Positions 18,591-29,787 are shown, counted from the stretch's first letter. The stretch is DNA of 57,541 bases from Candidatus Gastranaerophilales bacterium (GCA_944322555.1 CALUPJ010000068.1:1-57541); one strand, 5' to 3'. Notes: generated from the letters alone by a model not told the origin. Translations and numbers: made by a program.

Positions 18591-19940
18591 ATGAAAATTT
18601 TAATTATAGGCGGAGTTGCAGCCGGAGCTAAGGCGGCAGCAAAAGCAAAAAGGCTTTTGCCTGATGCGGAAATTCATATTTATACACAGGACAGACATGT
18701 TTCGTATTCTTCCTGCGGTCTGCCTTATTATATTGCACATGATTTTGAAGACTGGCACAAGCTCATTGTAAGAACGGCAGAAGAGTTTGAAAAAAGCGGA
18801 ATTTATGTTCATACGCAATATCGGGTTAACAAAATTCTTCCTGCTGATAAAAAAATTCTGGTAAAGGATTTAAATCTCGGAGTCTGTAGTTTTAAAGAAT
18901 ATGACAAGTTAATTATTGCTACGGGTTCTGTTCCTTTTGTACCTGAAATCAGGAATCGTGAACTTAAAAATATATTTACCGTAAGAACTCTAGAGGACGG
19001 TATTAATATAAGAGAAGCAATGGACAACGCCAGAAATATTACAATTATAGGCGGCGGATATATTGCGGTTGAACTTGTGGAAGCTTTTGTAAAGAACAAG
19101 AAAAATGTAACTCTGATAGAAAGTTCTTCTTTTATAATGCCGGCATTTGATGAAGATATTTCTTCTCTGATACAATCCTTTATACTGGAAAATTCGGAGG
19201 GATTGGTTAAAATAATTAACGATGATACGGTGACAGAATTTGCGGGTGAAGAATTTGTAAAAGGAGTTATGACACAAAACGGCTTCGGTTTTGAATGTGA
19301 TATGGCGGTTATTGCCGCAGGAGTTCGCCCCGTTACGGATATTGCGTCTGATGCGGGAATTGAACTGGGTAGTACGGGAGCAATAAAAGTAAACAGCAGA
19401 ATGCAGACGAGTATTCCCGATATTTATGCTTGCGGAGATTGTGTCGAAAAAATAAATATGGTATCAAATACTCCCGTGTGGGTTCCTCTTGGTTCTACTG
19501 CCAATAAAGAAGGCCGTGTCGCTGCGGTTAATGCATGCGGCGGTGTTGAAGATTTTGAAGGAATTTTAGGCTCGGCGGTGTTAAGATATCATGCGCTTAA
19601 TATGTCAATGACAGGACTTACGGAAAAGGCTGCACAAAAACTCGGGTATGATACAGTGTCCGTTGTGATTACAAAAAGAGATAAAGCCGGATATATGCCC
19701 GAGGTTCAAAATGTAACTCTAAAACTTGTGGCAGACAGAAGGTCTCACAGGATTCTCGGAGCACAGGCAATTGGCTGCGGTGACGCGGATAAAAGGGTTA
19801 ATACAGTATCTGTGGGACTTTTGAGCAGAATGAGTGTAGAAGATTTGCTTGATGTTGATTTAACTTATGCCCCGCCGTTTTCCACAAGCATTGATATACT
19901 TATTTCAGCGGCAAGGATTCTTAAGTCAAAATTGAATTGA
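18591..19940 (+). CDS. CoA-disulfide reductase / NADH oxidase family flavoprotein
   Basis: IIGGVAAG, SYSSCGLPY redox Cys, GGGYIAVE, YACGD, DLTYAPPF. Confidence 0.9.
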   Translation: MKILIIGGVAAGAKAAAKAKRLLPDAEIHIYTQDRHVSYSSCGLPYYIAHDFEDWHKLIVRTAEEFEKSGIYVHTQYRVNKILPADKKILVKDLNLGVCSFKEYDKLIIATGSVPFVPEIRNRELKNIFTVRTLEDGINIREAMDNARNITIIGGGYIAVELVEAFVKNKKNVTLIESSSFIMPAFDEDISSLIQSFILENSEGLVKIINDDTVTEFAGEEFVKGVMTQNGFGFECDMAVIAAGVRPVTDIASDAGIELGSTGAIKVNSRMQTSIPDIYACGDCVEKINMVSNTPVWVPLGSTANKEGRVAAVNACGGVEDFEGILGSAVLRYHALNMSMTGLTEKAAQKLGYDTVSVVITKRDKAGYMPEVQNVTLKLVADRRSHRILGAQAIGCGDADKRVNTVSVGLLSRMSVEDLLDVDLTYAPPFSTSIDILISAARILKSKLN

Positions 19941-21300
19941 TACATTCTGCTGCGATATCGGTAACGTAATCCATATCAGCTTCTTCAATAATTAAAGGCG
20001 GATTAAAATAAATTACATCTCCCAGCGGACGCAAAAGGACGCCTTTTTCAAGTGCTTTTTTATAAATTTGATAACCCGTTCTTTGTCTGTAGTCCAAAGG
20101 TTCTTTTGTTTCTTTGTTTTTGACAAGTTCAATTGCATTTATAAGTCCTATTGTACGAACTTCGCCGACATTTTTAAACCGGAGGAATTTTTCTCTGATG
20201 ATTTTATTAAAATAAAGCGCGCGTTTGTTTGCTTTTTCAATAATTTGTTCGTCTTTGAGAATTCTGAGCACTTCAATTGCAGCAGAGCAGGCAAGCGGAT
20301 TTCCGGCATAAGTGTGAGAATGCATAAAAGCTTTGCCTTTTAGGTAATCATCATAAAACGCATCGTAGATTTTCTGTGTAGTAACGGCAATTGCCATAGG
20401 CATATATCCGCCGGTCAATCCCTTTGAGAGGCACATAATATCGGGGCTTACGCCTGCGTGGTCAAAAGCAAACATCTTCCCCGTTCTTCCGTATCCGGTT
20501 GCAATTTCATCGGCAATAAGGTGAACGTTATATTTATCGCAAACTTCTCTTAATTTCTTCAAATACAAAGGCGGATATACTTTCATTCCTGCTGAACCCT
20601 GCAAAAGCGGCTCTACTATAATTGCTGCAGTTTCGTCCGCATATTTTTGGAAAGCTTTTTCGGCTTTTTCAAAACATTCACACCGGCAGCCGGCAGTATT
20701 ATCTTTTCCCGAAGGGGATTCATAATGCCCGGCGCAATGCTTATTATACTGACATCTGTAACAGTCGGGGCCGTCAATTCTGATTACGTCAAGTAAAAGC
20801 GGTTTATATAATTCGGAATACAAATCGACTCCGCCTACGGCTAAAGCTCCCAGAGTTTCGCCGTGATATGCATCTGACAGTGCCATAAATCGTTTTTTTC
20901 GCGGATTGCCGGTTTGATAATGATATTGAAAACTCATTTTTAGGGACATTTCTATTGCAGAGGAACCGTTATCCGCAAAATTGAATTTGCAAAGCCCCTC
21001 CGGCAGAACCCGTATGAGTTCCTGACAGAGCTCTATTGCAGGTTTGTGGGAAAAATTGGCAAAGATAACATGTTCAAGTGTATCAATCTGTTTTTTTACG
21101 GCTGCGTTAATTCTCGGATTGCAGTGTCCCAGAAGATTACACCACCATGAACTTATAACGTCTTTATAACATTTACCGTTAATATCATATAAATTTATTC
21201 CTTCTCCGCGTTCAATTACTATCGGTGGCAGAGTTTCGTAATCCTTCATCTGTGAGCACGGGTGCCATATGTATTTTAAATCTTCTTTTTGCCAGTCCAT
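19921..21300 (-). CDS. bioA: Adenosylmethionine-8-amino-7-oxononanoate aminotransferase
   Basis: WHPCSQM, SSWWCN, YHGET, DEIATGYGRTG, SKGLTGGY, HSHTYAGNP. Confidence 0.96.
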   Translation of the reverse strand: MDWQKEDLKYIWHPCSQMKDYETLPPIVIERGEGINLYDINGKCYKDVISSWWCNLLGHCNPRINAAVKKQIDTLEHVIFANFSHKPAIELCQELIRVLPEGLCKFNFADNGSSAIEMSLKMSFQYHYQTGNPRKKRFMALSDAYHGETLGALAVGGVDLYSELYKPLLLDVIRIDGPDCYRCQYNKHCAGHYESPSGKDNTAGCRCECFEKAEKAFQKYADETAAIIVEPLLQGSAGMKVYPPLYLKKLREVCDKYNVHLIADEIATGYGRTGKMFAFDHAGVSPDIMCLSKGLTGGYMPMAIAVTTQKIYDAFYDDYLKGKAFMHSHTYAGNPLACSAAIEVLRILKDEQIIEKANKRALYFNKIIREKFLRFKNVGEVRTIGLINAIELVKNKETKEPLDYRQRTGYQIYKKALEKGVLLRPLGDVIYFNPPLIIEEADMDYVTDIAAECINSILT

Positions 21301-21962
21301 AAGTTCTCCAAAAGCTTAATTTCTTTTTGTCCTTTTTCAACAGTTGCTGCAACCTTTATTCCCGTAAGGTATTCAATTTGTTTTAAATTATCCTGATGCA
21401 TGAAGCTTGCGGGATTAAAATTATTGAGAATAATGCCTTCGATTTCTATATTATTTGTTTTAGCATATTCTGCCGTAAGCAGTACGGAATTAATTGTTCC
21501 CAATCCGCCGTCTGCAACGATTACAATATTGGTATCAAGCTCTTTGATTAAATCTTTCAGCAGGTATTTTTCACCATTTTCAAGTTTTAACGGGCAGGTG
21601 ATTCCTCCGGCGCCTTCTATTAACATATAATCGAAATTTTTGCTTAAAGCTTTGAAATGTTTTTTAATTTTGTTAATATCAATTTCTTCCCCTGCTCTTC
21701 GTGCAGCAAGATGAGGAGAAACGGCTTCTTTCCACCAATAAGTAACATAGTTATCGGCTGATTCGGGAAGATGTGCCGTGTTAACAACATAGTTGCAGTC
21801 GCTCTCAATCAATTTCCCAGCGGATTCAACAACTCCGCTCAGCACTGGTTTAAAATAACCGCAGTTAAAACCGGATTCACGCATTTTTTTTACAATTAAG
21901 GCGGAAACGTATGTTTTCCCTATATCTGTTCCGGTTGCCGTAATAAACAAATTTTTAGACAT
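21276..21962 (-). CDS. bioD: Dethiobiotin synthase
   Basis: TATGTDIGKT, FKPV.SG, SPHLAA, EGAGG, LGTIN. Confidence 0.96.
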   Translation of the reverse strand: MSKNLFITATGTDIGKTYVSALIVKKMRESGFNCGYFKPVLSGVVESAGKLIESDCNYVVNTAHLPESADNYVTYWWKEAVSPHLAARRAGEEIDINKIKKHFKALSKNFDYMLIEGAGGITCPLKLENGEKYLLKDLIKELDTNIVIVADGGLGTINSVLLTAEYAKTNNIEIEGIILNNFNPASFMHQDNLKQIEYLTGIKVAATVEKGQKEIKLLENLWTGKKKI

Positions 21963-21975
21963 GGCTGTTTCCTCT

Positions 21976-22050
21976 AAAAAATAAAAGAATTAAAAAATCT
22001 CTTGAGCTAGCTTCTTTTATCCGCCTATAACCAAGCTTAGCACCTATAAG
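21976..22050 (-). ncRNA. Candidate cis-regulatory RNA (H-type pseudoknot plus competing U-tailed hairpin) in the bioD leader
   Basis: Minus strand CTTATAG-GTGCTAAGCTTGG-TTATAGG-CGGATAAAAG-AAGCTAGC; alternative stem ATAAAAGAA/TTCTTTTAT followed by a U run and the RBS. Confidence 0.4.
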
Positions 22051-22100
22051 TTTAAATGTAAATATAAAATTTATGCTATAATAATGTAATGGAAAGAGAT

Positions 22101-23735
22101 ATGCGGATAATTATTATTGGCGGAGGAGCCTGCGGAGCAAGCGCGGCGGCAAGAATCAGAAGACTTAATGAGAATGCGCAAATTGTTATTTTAGAAAAAA
22201 CAAATGAAATTTCAATTGCAAACTGCGGACTTCCTTATTACACATCAGATGTTATAAATGACAGAGAGGATATGTTTGTGTCTTCTCCCGCAAAATTTAA
22301 AAGCTGGTTCAATATTGATGTTCGCTTGAACTGTGAAGCCGTTTCTGTTGATGCTGCCGCAAAGAATGTAATACTCGCAAATGGTGAAAAACTTGAATAT
22401 GATAAACTTGTTCTTGCACAGGGAGCAAATCCTTTTATACCTGATTTTAAAGGAATGCCGAAGGAAAAGGTTTTTACCGTAAGAACTCTTTTTGACGCTG
22501 ACCGCATAAAGGCTTATATTAAATCTAATGGTGCACAAAAAGCTGTTGTAATAGGCGGAGGGTTTATCGGGATTGAGATGGCGGAAAATTTTGCGGAGAT
22601 GGGCTTGAAAACAACCATTATTGAAGCGCAAAATCAGGTTCTGGCGCCATTGGATTATGAAGCGGTTTCTTTTGTACAAAATGAAATGCGCAATAACGGC
22701 ATTGAATTAATTTTATCCGACGGTGTTAAAGAGTTTTGCGGAAATAAAATTATTCTTGAATCTTCAAAAGAAGTTGATTTTGATATCGTAATAATGGCTA
22801 TAGGTGTTCGTCCCGAATTAGGACTTGCAAAATCTATAGGATTGAATATCGGACGCGGAATTATTGTTAATGAAAACCTGGAAACTTCCGCGCAAGATAT
22901 ATATGCCGGCGGAGACGGGGCAGAAGCGGAAGATTTTGTTACGGGAGGTAATACTCTCATTCCGCTTGCCGGACCTGCAAACAGACAGGGAAGAATTATC
23001 GCGGATAACATTTGCGGAATAAAATCTGTTTATAAAAAATCTCAGGGTTCTTCGGTTTTAAAAGTTTTTAATCTTACTGCTGCAAGTGTCGGGAACAATG
23101 AAAAACAGTTAAAAGCCAAACATATAAATTATAAGAAAATAATTATTTTCGGGAAAAGCCATGCAGGATATTATCCCGGAGCAGTTCAGATTATGTTTAA
23201 GCTTCTTTTTACTGCGGAGGGTAAAATTCTCGGCGCACAGGCTGTGGGAAAAGAAGGTGTGGAAAAGAGAATTGATATTATATCTTCCGTAATGAGAAAT
23301 AAAGGCGGAATTCAGGAACTTTTGGACAGTGAACTTTGTTATGCTCCTCCCTATTCTTCCGCGAAAGACCCGGTAAACATTCTGGGAATGTGTGCGGATA
23401 ATGTTTTAAGAGGATTTTTTAAACCCGCTTTTTATGAAGATATTGAAGGCAGTTATTTGATTGATGTCAGAGCAAAAGAAATGTTTGAGTCAGGTACTAT
23501 TAAAGGGGCGGTGAATATTCCTGTCGGCATAATAAGACAGAGACTGGGTGAAATCCCGAAAGACAAAAAAGTTGTTTTATTCTGTAACACCGGACATACA
23601 AGTTATGTTGCAGCAAGGATTCTTGAACAATACGGTTTTAGTAATATATATTCTTTAACCGGTGGAATTGCTCTTTATTTTGAAATTTTGAAAAATATGC
23701 AAAGTATTCACCGGGAAACTTCAATACATATATAA
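22101..23735 (+). CDS. CoA-disulfide reductase-rhodanese fusion (CoADR-RHD / Npsr-like)
   Basis: SIANCGLPY, GGGFIGIE, LCYAPPYSSAKDPVN, C-terminal rhodanese (IDVR...FCNTGHTS); start could be 22089 or 22101. Confidence 0.9.
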   Translation: MRIIIIGGGACGASAAARIRRLNENAQIVILEKTNEISIANCGLPYYTSDVINDREDMFVSSPAKFKSWFNIDVRLNCEAVSVDAAAKNVILANGEKLEYDKLVLAQGANPFIPDFKGMPKEKVFTVRTLFDADRIKAYIKSNGAQKAVVIGGGFIGIEMAENFAEMGLKTTIIEAQNQVLAPLDYEAVSFVQNEMRNNGIELILSDGVKEFCGNKIILESSKEVDFDIVIMAIGVRPELGLAKSIGLNIGRGIIVNENLETSAQDIYAGGDGAEAEDFVTGGNTLIPLAGPANRQGRIIADNICGIKSVYKKSQGSSVLKVFNLTAASVGNNEKQLKAKHINYKKIIIFGKSHAGYYPGAVQIMFKLLFTAEGKILGAQAVGKEGVEKRIDIISSVMRNKGGIQELLDSELCYAPPYSSAKDPVNILGMCADNVLRGFFKPAFYEDIEGSYLIDVRAKEMFESGTIKGAVNIPVGIIRQRLGEIPKDKKVVLFCNTGHTSYVAARILEQYGFSNIYSLTGGIALYFEILKNMQSIHRETSIHI

Positions 23736-23838
23736 AGCTTTTTTACTTATTTTCAGATTATAAAAATTTGTATTTTTATTTTTAGTATTTTAAAATATAA
23801 GTGTAGATTTAACACTAGACGCAGCAGGGATTTTAATT

Positions 23839-25629
23839 ATGACTAAAAATATAAGAAATATTGCGATTATAGCACACGTTGACCATGGGAAAACTACTCT
23901 TGTAGATTGTATGCTTAAACAAAGCGGAGTTTTCAGGGAAAACCAGCAGGTTCAGGAACGTGTGCTGGATAGTAATGATTTGGAAAGAGAACGCGGAATT
24001 ACAATTCTTTCCAAAAATATATCAATTAATTACAAAGGTGTAAAAATTAATGTTGTTGATACTCCCGGTCACGCTGATTTTGGCGGGGAAGTTGAACGGG
24101 TTCTCGGTATGGTAGACGGTGCGCTGCTGATTGTGGATGCCGCGGAAGGGCCTATGCCGCAGACCAGATTTGTATTGTCTAAAGCTCTGGAATTGGGTAT
24201 CAGGATTATTGTAGTAATCAATAAAATAGATAAACCTGCAGCTGATCCTGACGGAACACTGGATAAGGTTTTTGATTTATTTACTGAACTTACCGATAGA
24301 GAAGATTTGATTGATTTTCCGTATATTTATGCCAGCAGTTTAAACGGATTTGCCGTTAAACATCTTGATGATGAAAGAAAAGATGTTACACCGCTTTTAG
24401 ACTGCATTTTGGAAAATATTCAGGAACCTGCCGGTGACAATACAAAACCGTTTCAATTCAGAGCAACGACACTTGATTATAACGAGTATGTCGGCAGAAT
24501 AGTTATCGGTCGTATTGCAAACGGGATAGTTCATTCTCAAGATCAGGTTGCGTGGATTAATTCAAAAGGAGATGTTTCCAGGGGGAAAATCACGAAACTG
24601 TTCGGCTTTAAAGACCTCGGACGTGTTGAAATCGAATCGGCAGAAGCCGGAGATATTGTCGGTATTGCGGGGTTCTCTGAAATCCATATCGGAGAAACAC
24701 TTTGTGATATTAATCATATTGAAGCCCTACCTTTGATTAAAGTTGATGAGCCGACTCTGCAAATGAATTTTTCAGTAAATGACAGTCCGTTTGCGGGTCA
24801 AGAAGGTAAATTTGTTACCTCAAGACAGCTTCGAAAAAGACTCTATGACGAATTGGAGAAAAATGTCAGTCTTCGTGTTGAAGATACAGATTCTACAGAC
24901 TGTTTCAAAGTCAGCGGAAGAGGTGAACTTCATCTTGGAATTCTAATTGAAACTATGCGCAGAGAAGGATATGAATTTCAGGTATCAAAACCCGAGGTTA
25001 TATACAAGGAAATTAACGGCGAACAGTATGAGCCGTACGAGGATTTGCTTGTAGATGTTCCCGAAGAGTATGCAGGCTCCTGTATTGACAGACTTTCCGG
25101 CAGAAAAGCCGCAATGAAAGAAATGCAAAATGCAAACGGAAGAACAAACCTGAAATTTTCAATACCCGCAAGAGGCTTAATAGGGTTTAGAACGGAATTT
25201 ATCCGGATGACGCGCGGAGAAGGTATTATGTATCATACTTTTGATGAATATAAACCCTATGCCGGCGATATTCCGAAGCAAAGAAGCGGTTCAATTCTGG
25301 CTCATGAGCAAGGCGAAGCTATTCCTTATGCTCTGGCTCAATTTGAAGACAGAGGAGTATTCTTTGTTACTCCGAAAACCAAAGTTTATAGAGGTATGAT
25401 TATAGGTGAAGGCAACCGTCCGCAGGATATTGTTGTTAATATTTGTAAAACAAAAAAATTAACCAATATGCGCAGTGCAACTGCCGATGTTATGGTAACT
25501 CTTCAGGCCCATAAGGAATTGTCTCTTGAAGATTGTCTTGAGTATATTGGCGATGATGAGCTTGTAGAGATTACACCTGAAAATATCAGAATGAGAAAAC
25601 AAGATTTGGTTAAGTTCAAGAGTATATAA
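23839..25629 (+). CDS. typA: Translational GTPase TypA/BipA
   Basis: [45 protein letters not shown]. Confidence 0.98.
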   Translation: MTKNIRNIAIIAHVDHGKTTLVDCMLKQSGVFRENQQVQERVLDSNDLERERGITILSKNISINYKGVKINVVDTPGHADFGGEVERVLGMVDGALLIVDAAEGPMPQTRFVLSKALELGIRIIVVINKIDKPAADPDGTLDKVFDLFTELTDREDLIDFPYIYASSLNGFAVKHLDDERKDVTPLLDCILENIQEPAGDNTKPFQFRATTLDYNEYVGRIVIGRIANGIVHSQDQVAWINSKGDVSRGKITKLFGFKDLGRVEIESAEAGDIVGIAGFSEIHIGETLCDINHIEALPLIKVDEPTLQMNFSVNDSPFAGQEGKFVTSRQLRKRLYDELEKNVSLRVEDTDSTDCFKVSGRGELHLGILIETMRREGYEFQVSKPEVIYKEINGEQYEPYEDLLVDVPEEYAGSCIDRLSGRKAAMKEMQNANGRTNLKFSIPARGLIGFRTEFIRMTRGEGIMYHTFDEYKPYAGDIPKQRSGSILAHEQGEAIPYALAQFEDRGVFFVTPKTKVYRGMIIGEGNRPQDIVVNICKTKKLTNMRSATADVMVTLQAHKELSLEDCLEYIGDDELVEITPENIRMRKQDLVKFKSI

Positions 25630-25681
25630 GGTTTTTCGGTCTTTACAAGTATTGTGCCGGAAGGTGATTGTAATAAACCTT

Positions 25682-26548
25682 TTATTCTGTCATTTCTTTT
25701 TTTAGATTTGCCTTTATACCATTTAACGGGCCGTTATTTGGTGCCGTAAGATTTTGATAATATTTTCTTGCGTAAACGAACGGAAATCTCGGAAGCCAGC
25801 TAAATTTCATAATAACTGTTGCCGCATCCGCACCTTTAGAAAACATTAATTCATCAATTGTCTGCTCGTATGCGGGAGAAATTGAGGAAAATATCTTCAG
25901 AAGATAATTTGTGGCGGTAACTCCGTAATATCCTGTTGCCGTAACAGGATTAGAAATAACTTCCGTAATGGTAAAATCAGAACTGCCTTCCATTGTATGA
26001 ATATCCGCCGGCAGAGTTAACTCACCGGGTTTCACTCCCTGAATTTCGTATTGTTTGCCGTTATAAACAATAACCATTGTATTGGGTTTAGGCATATAAA
26101 TATCGTCAAAAATCGTATCTAAAATAAATTGACCGTTAAAATCCGTAATACCGTATTTGTAGTTTTTACATACCAGAAACATTCCGCCGTATAAAAGATC
26201 AACAGAAGAATATTCAACAGGAATTACATCAAAACCCATTTCATCGAATATTCCGTACTTATCGCCTCTGCCGAGCTTAACAAATTTCCCCAGTATTCTC
26301 TCCGCGCTGGTATACCGCGGCTCTGTTATAATTTTACCTTCATCGTTCATAATTCCGAAACGTGAGCCCTTTTGTATAATCCAGGCAGATTTTCCGAGAC
26401 GTATCATTTTCTTATATTCGGCTTCGGCAATAATACTTCCGTCTTCATGCTTAAGCCCGAACTTCCCGTCCTCGTTAAATACAAGCGGCGACGCAAAGAC
26501 AGATATTTGAAACAATAGTAAAACTAATAAAAAAGCTAACTTCTTCAT
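25682..26548 (-). CDS. Exported WG-repeat protein
   Basis: Signal peptide and repeated K(F/Y)G(L/I)..xG..I..P.Y units. Confidence 0.75.
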   Translation of the reverse strand: MKKLAFLLVLLLFQISVFASPLVFNEDGKFGLKHEDGSIIAEAEYKKMIRLGKSAWIIQKGSRFGIMNDEGKIITEPRYTSAERILGKFVKLGRGDKYGIFDEMGFDVIPVEYSSVDLLYGGMFLVCKNYKYGITDFNGQFILDTIFDDIYMPKPNTMVIVYNGKQYEIQGVKPGELTLPADIHTMEGSSDFTITEVISNPVTATGYYGVTATNYLLKIFSSISPAYEQTIDELMFSKGADAATVIMKFSWLPRFPFVYARKYYQNLTAPNNGPLNGIKANLKKEMTE

Positions 26549-26599
26549 ATTTAAAAGAATAACATAAAATGAGCTGAAGTAACAACCGCAAGAAATAAA

Positions 26600-28582
26600 T
26601 TAAACCATTTCTCTGAGTTTTTTCAATTGGTCGCGAATTTCTGCCGCACGTTCAAAGTCAAGAATTTTTGCAGCTTTATGCATATCTTTTTCCAATTTGT
26701 TAATAAGTTTCGGCAAGTCTTTCTTTTCAATACCCAAATCAACCATTTCTTCAGCAACAATATCCTCCAAATCTCTGTAACTTGCTACAAGAGAGAGGAG
26801 ATTATTTTCAATCGGTTTTTTAATCGTTTGCGGAATAATTCCGTACTTTTTGTTGTATTCAAGCTGGATATCACGTCTTCTGTTTGTTTCATCAATTGCC
26901 TGTTTCATTGAATCGGTAATTTTATCGGCGTACATTATAACTTCGCCGCAAGCATTACGGGCTGCACGACCTATCGTTTGGATTAAGCTTGTTTCTGACC
27001 TCAAAAAGCCTTCCTTATCCGCATCCATAATCGCAACAAGCGAAACTTCGGGAATATCAAGCCCTTCTCTCAAAAGATTAACGCCAATCAGAACGTCAAA
27101 TTCTCCAAGCCTTAAGTCTCTAAGGATTTCCACACGTTCTATGGATTTAATCCCGCTGTGCAGATATCTTACTCTTATTCCTTCCTGTAAGAAATAATCG
27201 CACAAATCTTCCGCCATACGTTTAGTAAGCGTAGTTATTAACACCCGCTCTTCTTTTTTAGCTCTTTTCTCAATCTCCGCCTTCAAGTCCGCAATTTGAG
27301 TTTCAATCGGTCTGACGCTGATTTTGGGGTCCACAAGTCCCGTCGGGCGGATAATTTGTTCTACAAGCTGCTCAGAAGTTTCTCTCTCAAACTCTCCAGG
27401 AGTTGCGGAGATATATATCTTTTGCCCGACTTTGGCAAAAAATTCCTTGCTCTTTAACGGTCTGTTATCTTTAGCACAAGGGAGTCTGAAACCGAATTCA
27501 ACGAGCGTATTTTTTCTTGAAGCATCACCGTGGTACATTCCTTTCAGTTGCGGCAGGGTTACGTGTGATTCGTCAATAACAGTTAAGAAATCACCCCTAA
27601 AATAGTCTAAAAGAGTTGCTGGAGCGGAACCTACCGGACGACGTTCAATTATTCGGGAATAATTTTCTATACCTGAACAATATCCCATTTCCTTAATCAT
27701 CTCAATATCGTATTTAACTCTCTGCTGCAATCTTTGCGATTCCAGGATTTTATTTTGGCTCTCAAGCTCGGCAACACGATTCTTAAGTTCCGTCCTTATC
27801 ATTTGGATAGTCTCGTCCTCGTTCTCGTCATAGGCAATATAATGAACCGCGGGATAAATAACTACACTTTCCGGTGCTTCGAGGATTTCTCCCGTCAGAC
27901 TGTCTATTTTGACTATTTTTTCTATCTCATCATCAAAAAAGTATACCCTTGTTATAACTTTTTCGTAAGCGGGCATGATTTCGACAATATCACCGCGGGC
28001 TCTGAATGTGGAGCGTTCAAGCACCAAATCATTCCTTGTGTATTGTGAGCAGACAAGATGCTTAATTAATTCACCGCGATCCAATTTGGCACCGACTTCA
28101 AGTTTTATTGCACCCTTAAAATAATTTTCAGGCAAACCCAAACCATAGATACAGCTTACAGAAGCAACAATTATTACGTCATTTCTTTCATAAAGACTTC
28201 GTGTCGTATTATGTCTTAATCTGTCGATTTCCTCATTTATGCTTGCGGATTTTTCAATATAAGTATCCGTTCTCGGAATATAGGCTTCCGGTTGATAATA
28301 ATCATAATAAGATATGAAATATTCAACCGCATTATTTGGGAAAAGTTCTTTAAATTCGTTATATAACTGAGCCGCGAGAGTTTTATTATGAGCAATAATT
28401 AACGTAGGTTTTTGAATTTGTTCTATTACGTTAGCAATAGTAAAAGTTTTTCCCGAACCTGTTATCCCGAGAAGAGTCTGGGCATCATCACCGTTTTTAA
28501 GCCCTTCTACAAGTTCTTTTATCGCCTTTGGCTGATCACCTGCGGGTTTATATTTCGACACCAGTTCAAATTTTCTTTCCAT
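26600..28582 (-). CDS. uvrB: Excinuclease ABC subunit B
   Basis: [36 protein letters not shown]-terminal UVR coil. Confidence 0.99.
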   Translation of the reverse strand: MERKFELVSKYKPAGDQPKAIKELVEGLKNGDDAQTLLGITGSGKTFTIANVIEQIQKPTLIIAHNKTLAAQLYNEFKELFPNNAVEYFISYYDYYQPEAYIPRTDTYIEKSASINEEIDRLRHNTTRSLYERNDVIIVASVSCIYGLGLPENYFKGAIKLEVGAKLDRGELIKHLVCSQYTRNDLVLERSTFRARGDIVEIMPAYEKVITRVYFFDDEIEKIVKIDSLTGEILEAPESVVIYPAVHYIAYDENEDETIQMIRTELKNRVAELESQNKILESQRLQQRVKYDIEMIKEMGYCSGIENYSRIIERRPVGSAPATLLDYFRGDFLTVIDESHVTLPQLKGMYHGDASRKNTLVEFGFRLPCAKDNRPLKSKEFFAKVGQKIYISATPGEFERETSEQLVEQIIRPTGLVDPKISVRPIETQIADLKAEIEKRAKKEERVLITTLTKRMAEDLCDYFLQEGIRVRYLHSGIKSIERVEILRDLRLGEFDVLIGVNLLREGLDIPEVSLVAIMDADKEGFLRSETSLIQTIGRAARNACGEVIMYADKITDSMKQAIDETNRRRDIQLEYNKKYGIIPQTIKKPIENNLLSLVASYRDLEDIVAEEMVDLGIEKKDLPKLINKLEKDMHKAAKILDFERAAEIRDQLKKLREMV

Positions 28583-28690
28583 GATTATAATTATAGCTTT
28601 CGAATATTGTTTTGTAAAATCTCAGAAATAATCCCTGAGGATTAGTACTAAAGAGGATTAAGAAGCGGTCGTAAAAATGCTAAAATATAT

Positions 28691-28846
28691 ATGTAAGTCG
28701 AAGGCAACTAGTGAATTGTCGGATTTCGACGAAAATTTATGATTAGGCATTGTGTGTGTGTTCGGCTTACATCTTTTAAAACAAAAATCTTTTCTTCATA
28801 ATAATTAGCCTTGCTCCTTTTGTCTCTCTTCCGAAAGGGGCCTTTT
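28691..28846 (+). ncRNA. Candidate small RNA (~155 nt): long 5' hairpin, AU-rich linker, terminator
   Basis: TGcTAAAAT extended -10 at 28678-28686; ATGTAAGTCGAA (28691-28702) pairs with TTCGGCTTACAT (28761-28772) with further nested stems; terminator GCTCCTTTTG/CGAAAGGGGC+CTTTT at 28813-28846. Confidence 0.55.
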
Positions 28847-28939
28847 GCTATTCTGTATGTTTTTTGGGGGATAATTGCAGCCGAATTCTTTTTGCTCTTT
28901 TGAGTTTGCGAGAAATTTTAATTTTCCCGCAGTCTCTTT

Positions 28940-28989
28940 TTGTAACAATTTGTAAAAATAAAGCAATTATTAATTCTATAAAAACTTTA
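28940..28989 (+). promoter_or_regulatory. Shared upstream motif copy TTGTAA-N4-TTGTAA-N7-GCAATT-N15-ACTTTA
   Basis: ttgtaa 28940-28945 and 28950-28955, gcaatt 28963-28968, acttta 28984-28989. Confidence 0.7.
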
Positions 28990-29020
28990 TTAATATAGTG
29001 TAGTAAACTTGGAGTGTTGT

Positions 29021-29704
29021 ATGACAAATCAATTTTCAAACAGTATTTATCCGCAATCAATGTATACCAATTCCTCTCTGCAGGGATATGCCGGCATGAA
29101 GTCTGAAAAACGCGGGCCATCAACTTTCGGAATGATGACGCTGGGTGCTTTAGGAGGCGGTACTGCCGGATATTTATTAAACAGATATCCTGTGAATAAC
29201 GAGATTGTATGCGATGAATTTGCTCAAAATGCATTTAATAAACATGTAAAAAAGAATCTTTCTGTTGAAAAGAAAGAAGCCTTTATGCAAATAAGTACGA
29301 TACTTAAAAAAATTGATAAGACTAAAAATGCAGAAGATTTAAAAAAGCTTATTAAAAATAATCCGAAGGCTATAGAGCTTGACAGAGTTGGTATGACAAT
29401 GGATACATATCTCAGTACAATAAACAATGACAATTTCAATAATATAAAGTCGGCCATAAAACAGGATTTGGAAAAAACTAATAAATATTTTATTGAAAAA
29501 TTTAAGCTTATTACTGCTTCCTGCTGGGATAATACCGCTAAGAAATTCATACAGCCAAAAGGTATGCAGGATAATGTTTTTGCAGTAATAAAGAAAACGA
29601 CAACTGCCAGACAATGGAGAAAAGCTTTAAAATACGGCGGTATAACTGCAGGTATTCTGGGTGCTCTGACTGTAGGCTATAAAATGCTTGTTTCATCAAA
29701 ATAA
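29021..29704 (+). CDS. Orphan protein with Gly-rich hydrophobic helices near both ends
   Basis: ATG 29021 follows GGAG; LGALGGGTAGYLL and YGGITAGILGALTVG. Confidence 0.75.
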   Translation: MTNQFSNSIYPQSMYTNSSLQGYAGMKSEKRGPSTFGMMTLGALGGGTAGYLLNRYPVNNEIVCDEFAQNAFNKHVKKNLSVEKKEAFMQISTILKKIDKTKNAEDLKKLIKNNPKAIELDRVGMTMDTYLSTINNDNFNNIKSAIKQDLEKTNKYFIEKFKLITASCWDNTAKKFIQPKGMQDNVFAVIKKTTTARQWRKALKYGGITAGILGALTVGYKMLVSSK

Positions 29705-29787
29705 ATAATTGTCAAAAAATATCTGCCGGAATTTATAAATTATTTTCGCTTGTATCGATTGGCATTTGATGTATAATTGACTATGCT

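Noticed and set aside
28848-29234. 128-aa minus-strand ORF
   Set aside because: It overlaps the better-supported plus-strand gene and its promoter motif, and its composition is not protein-like
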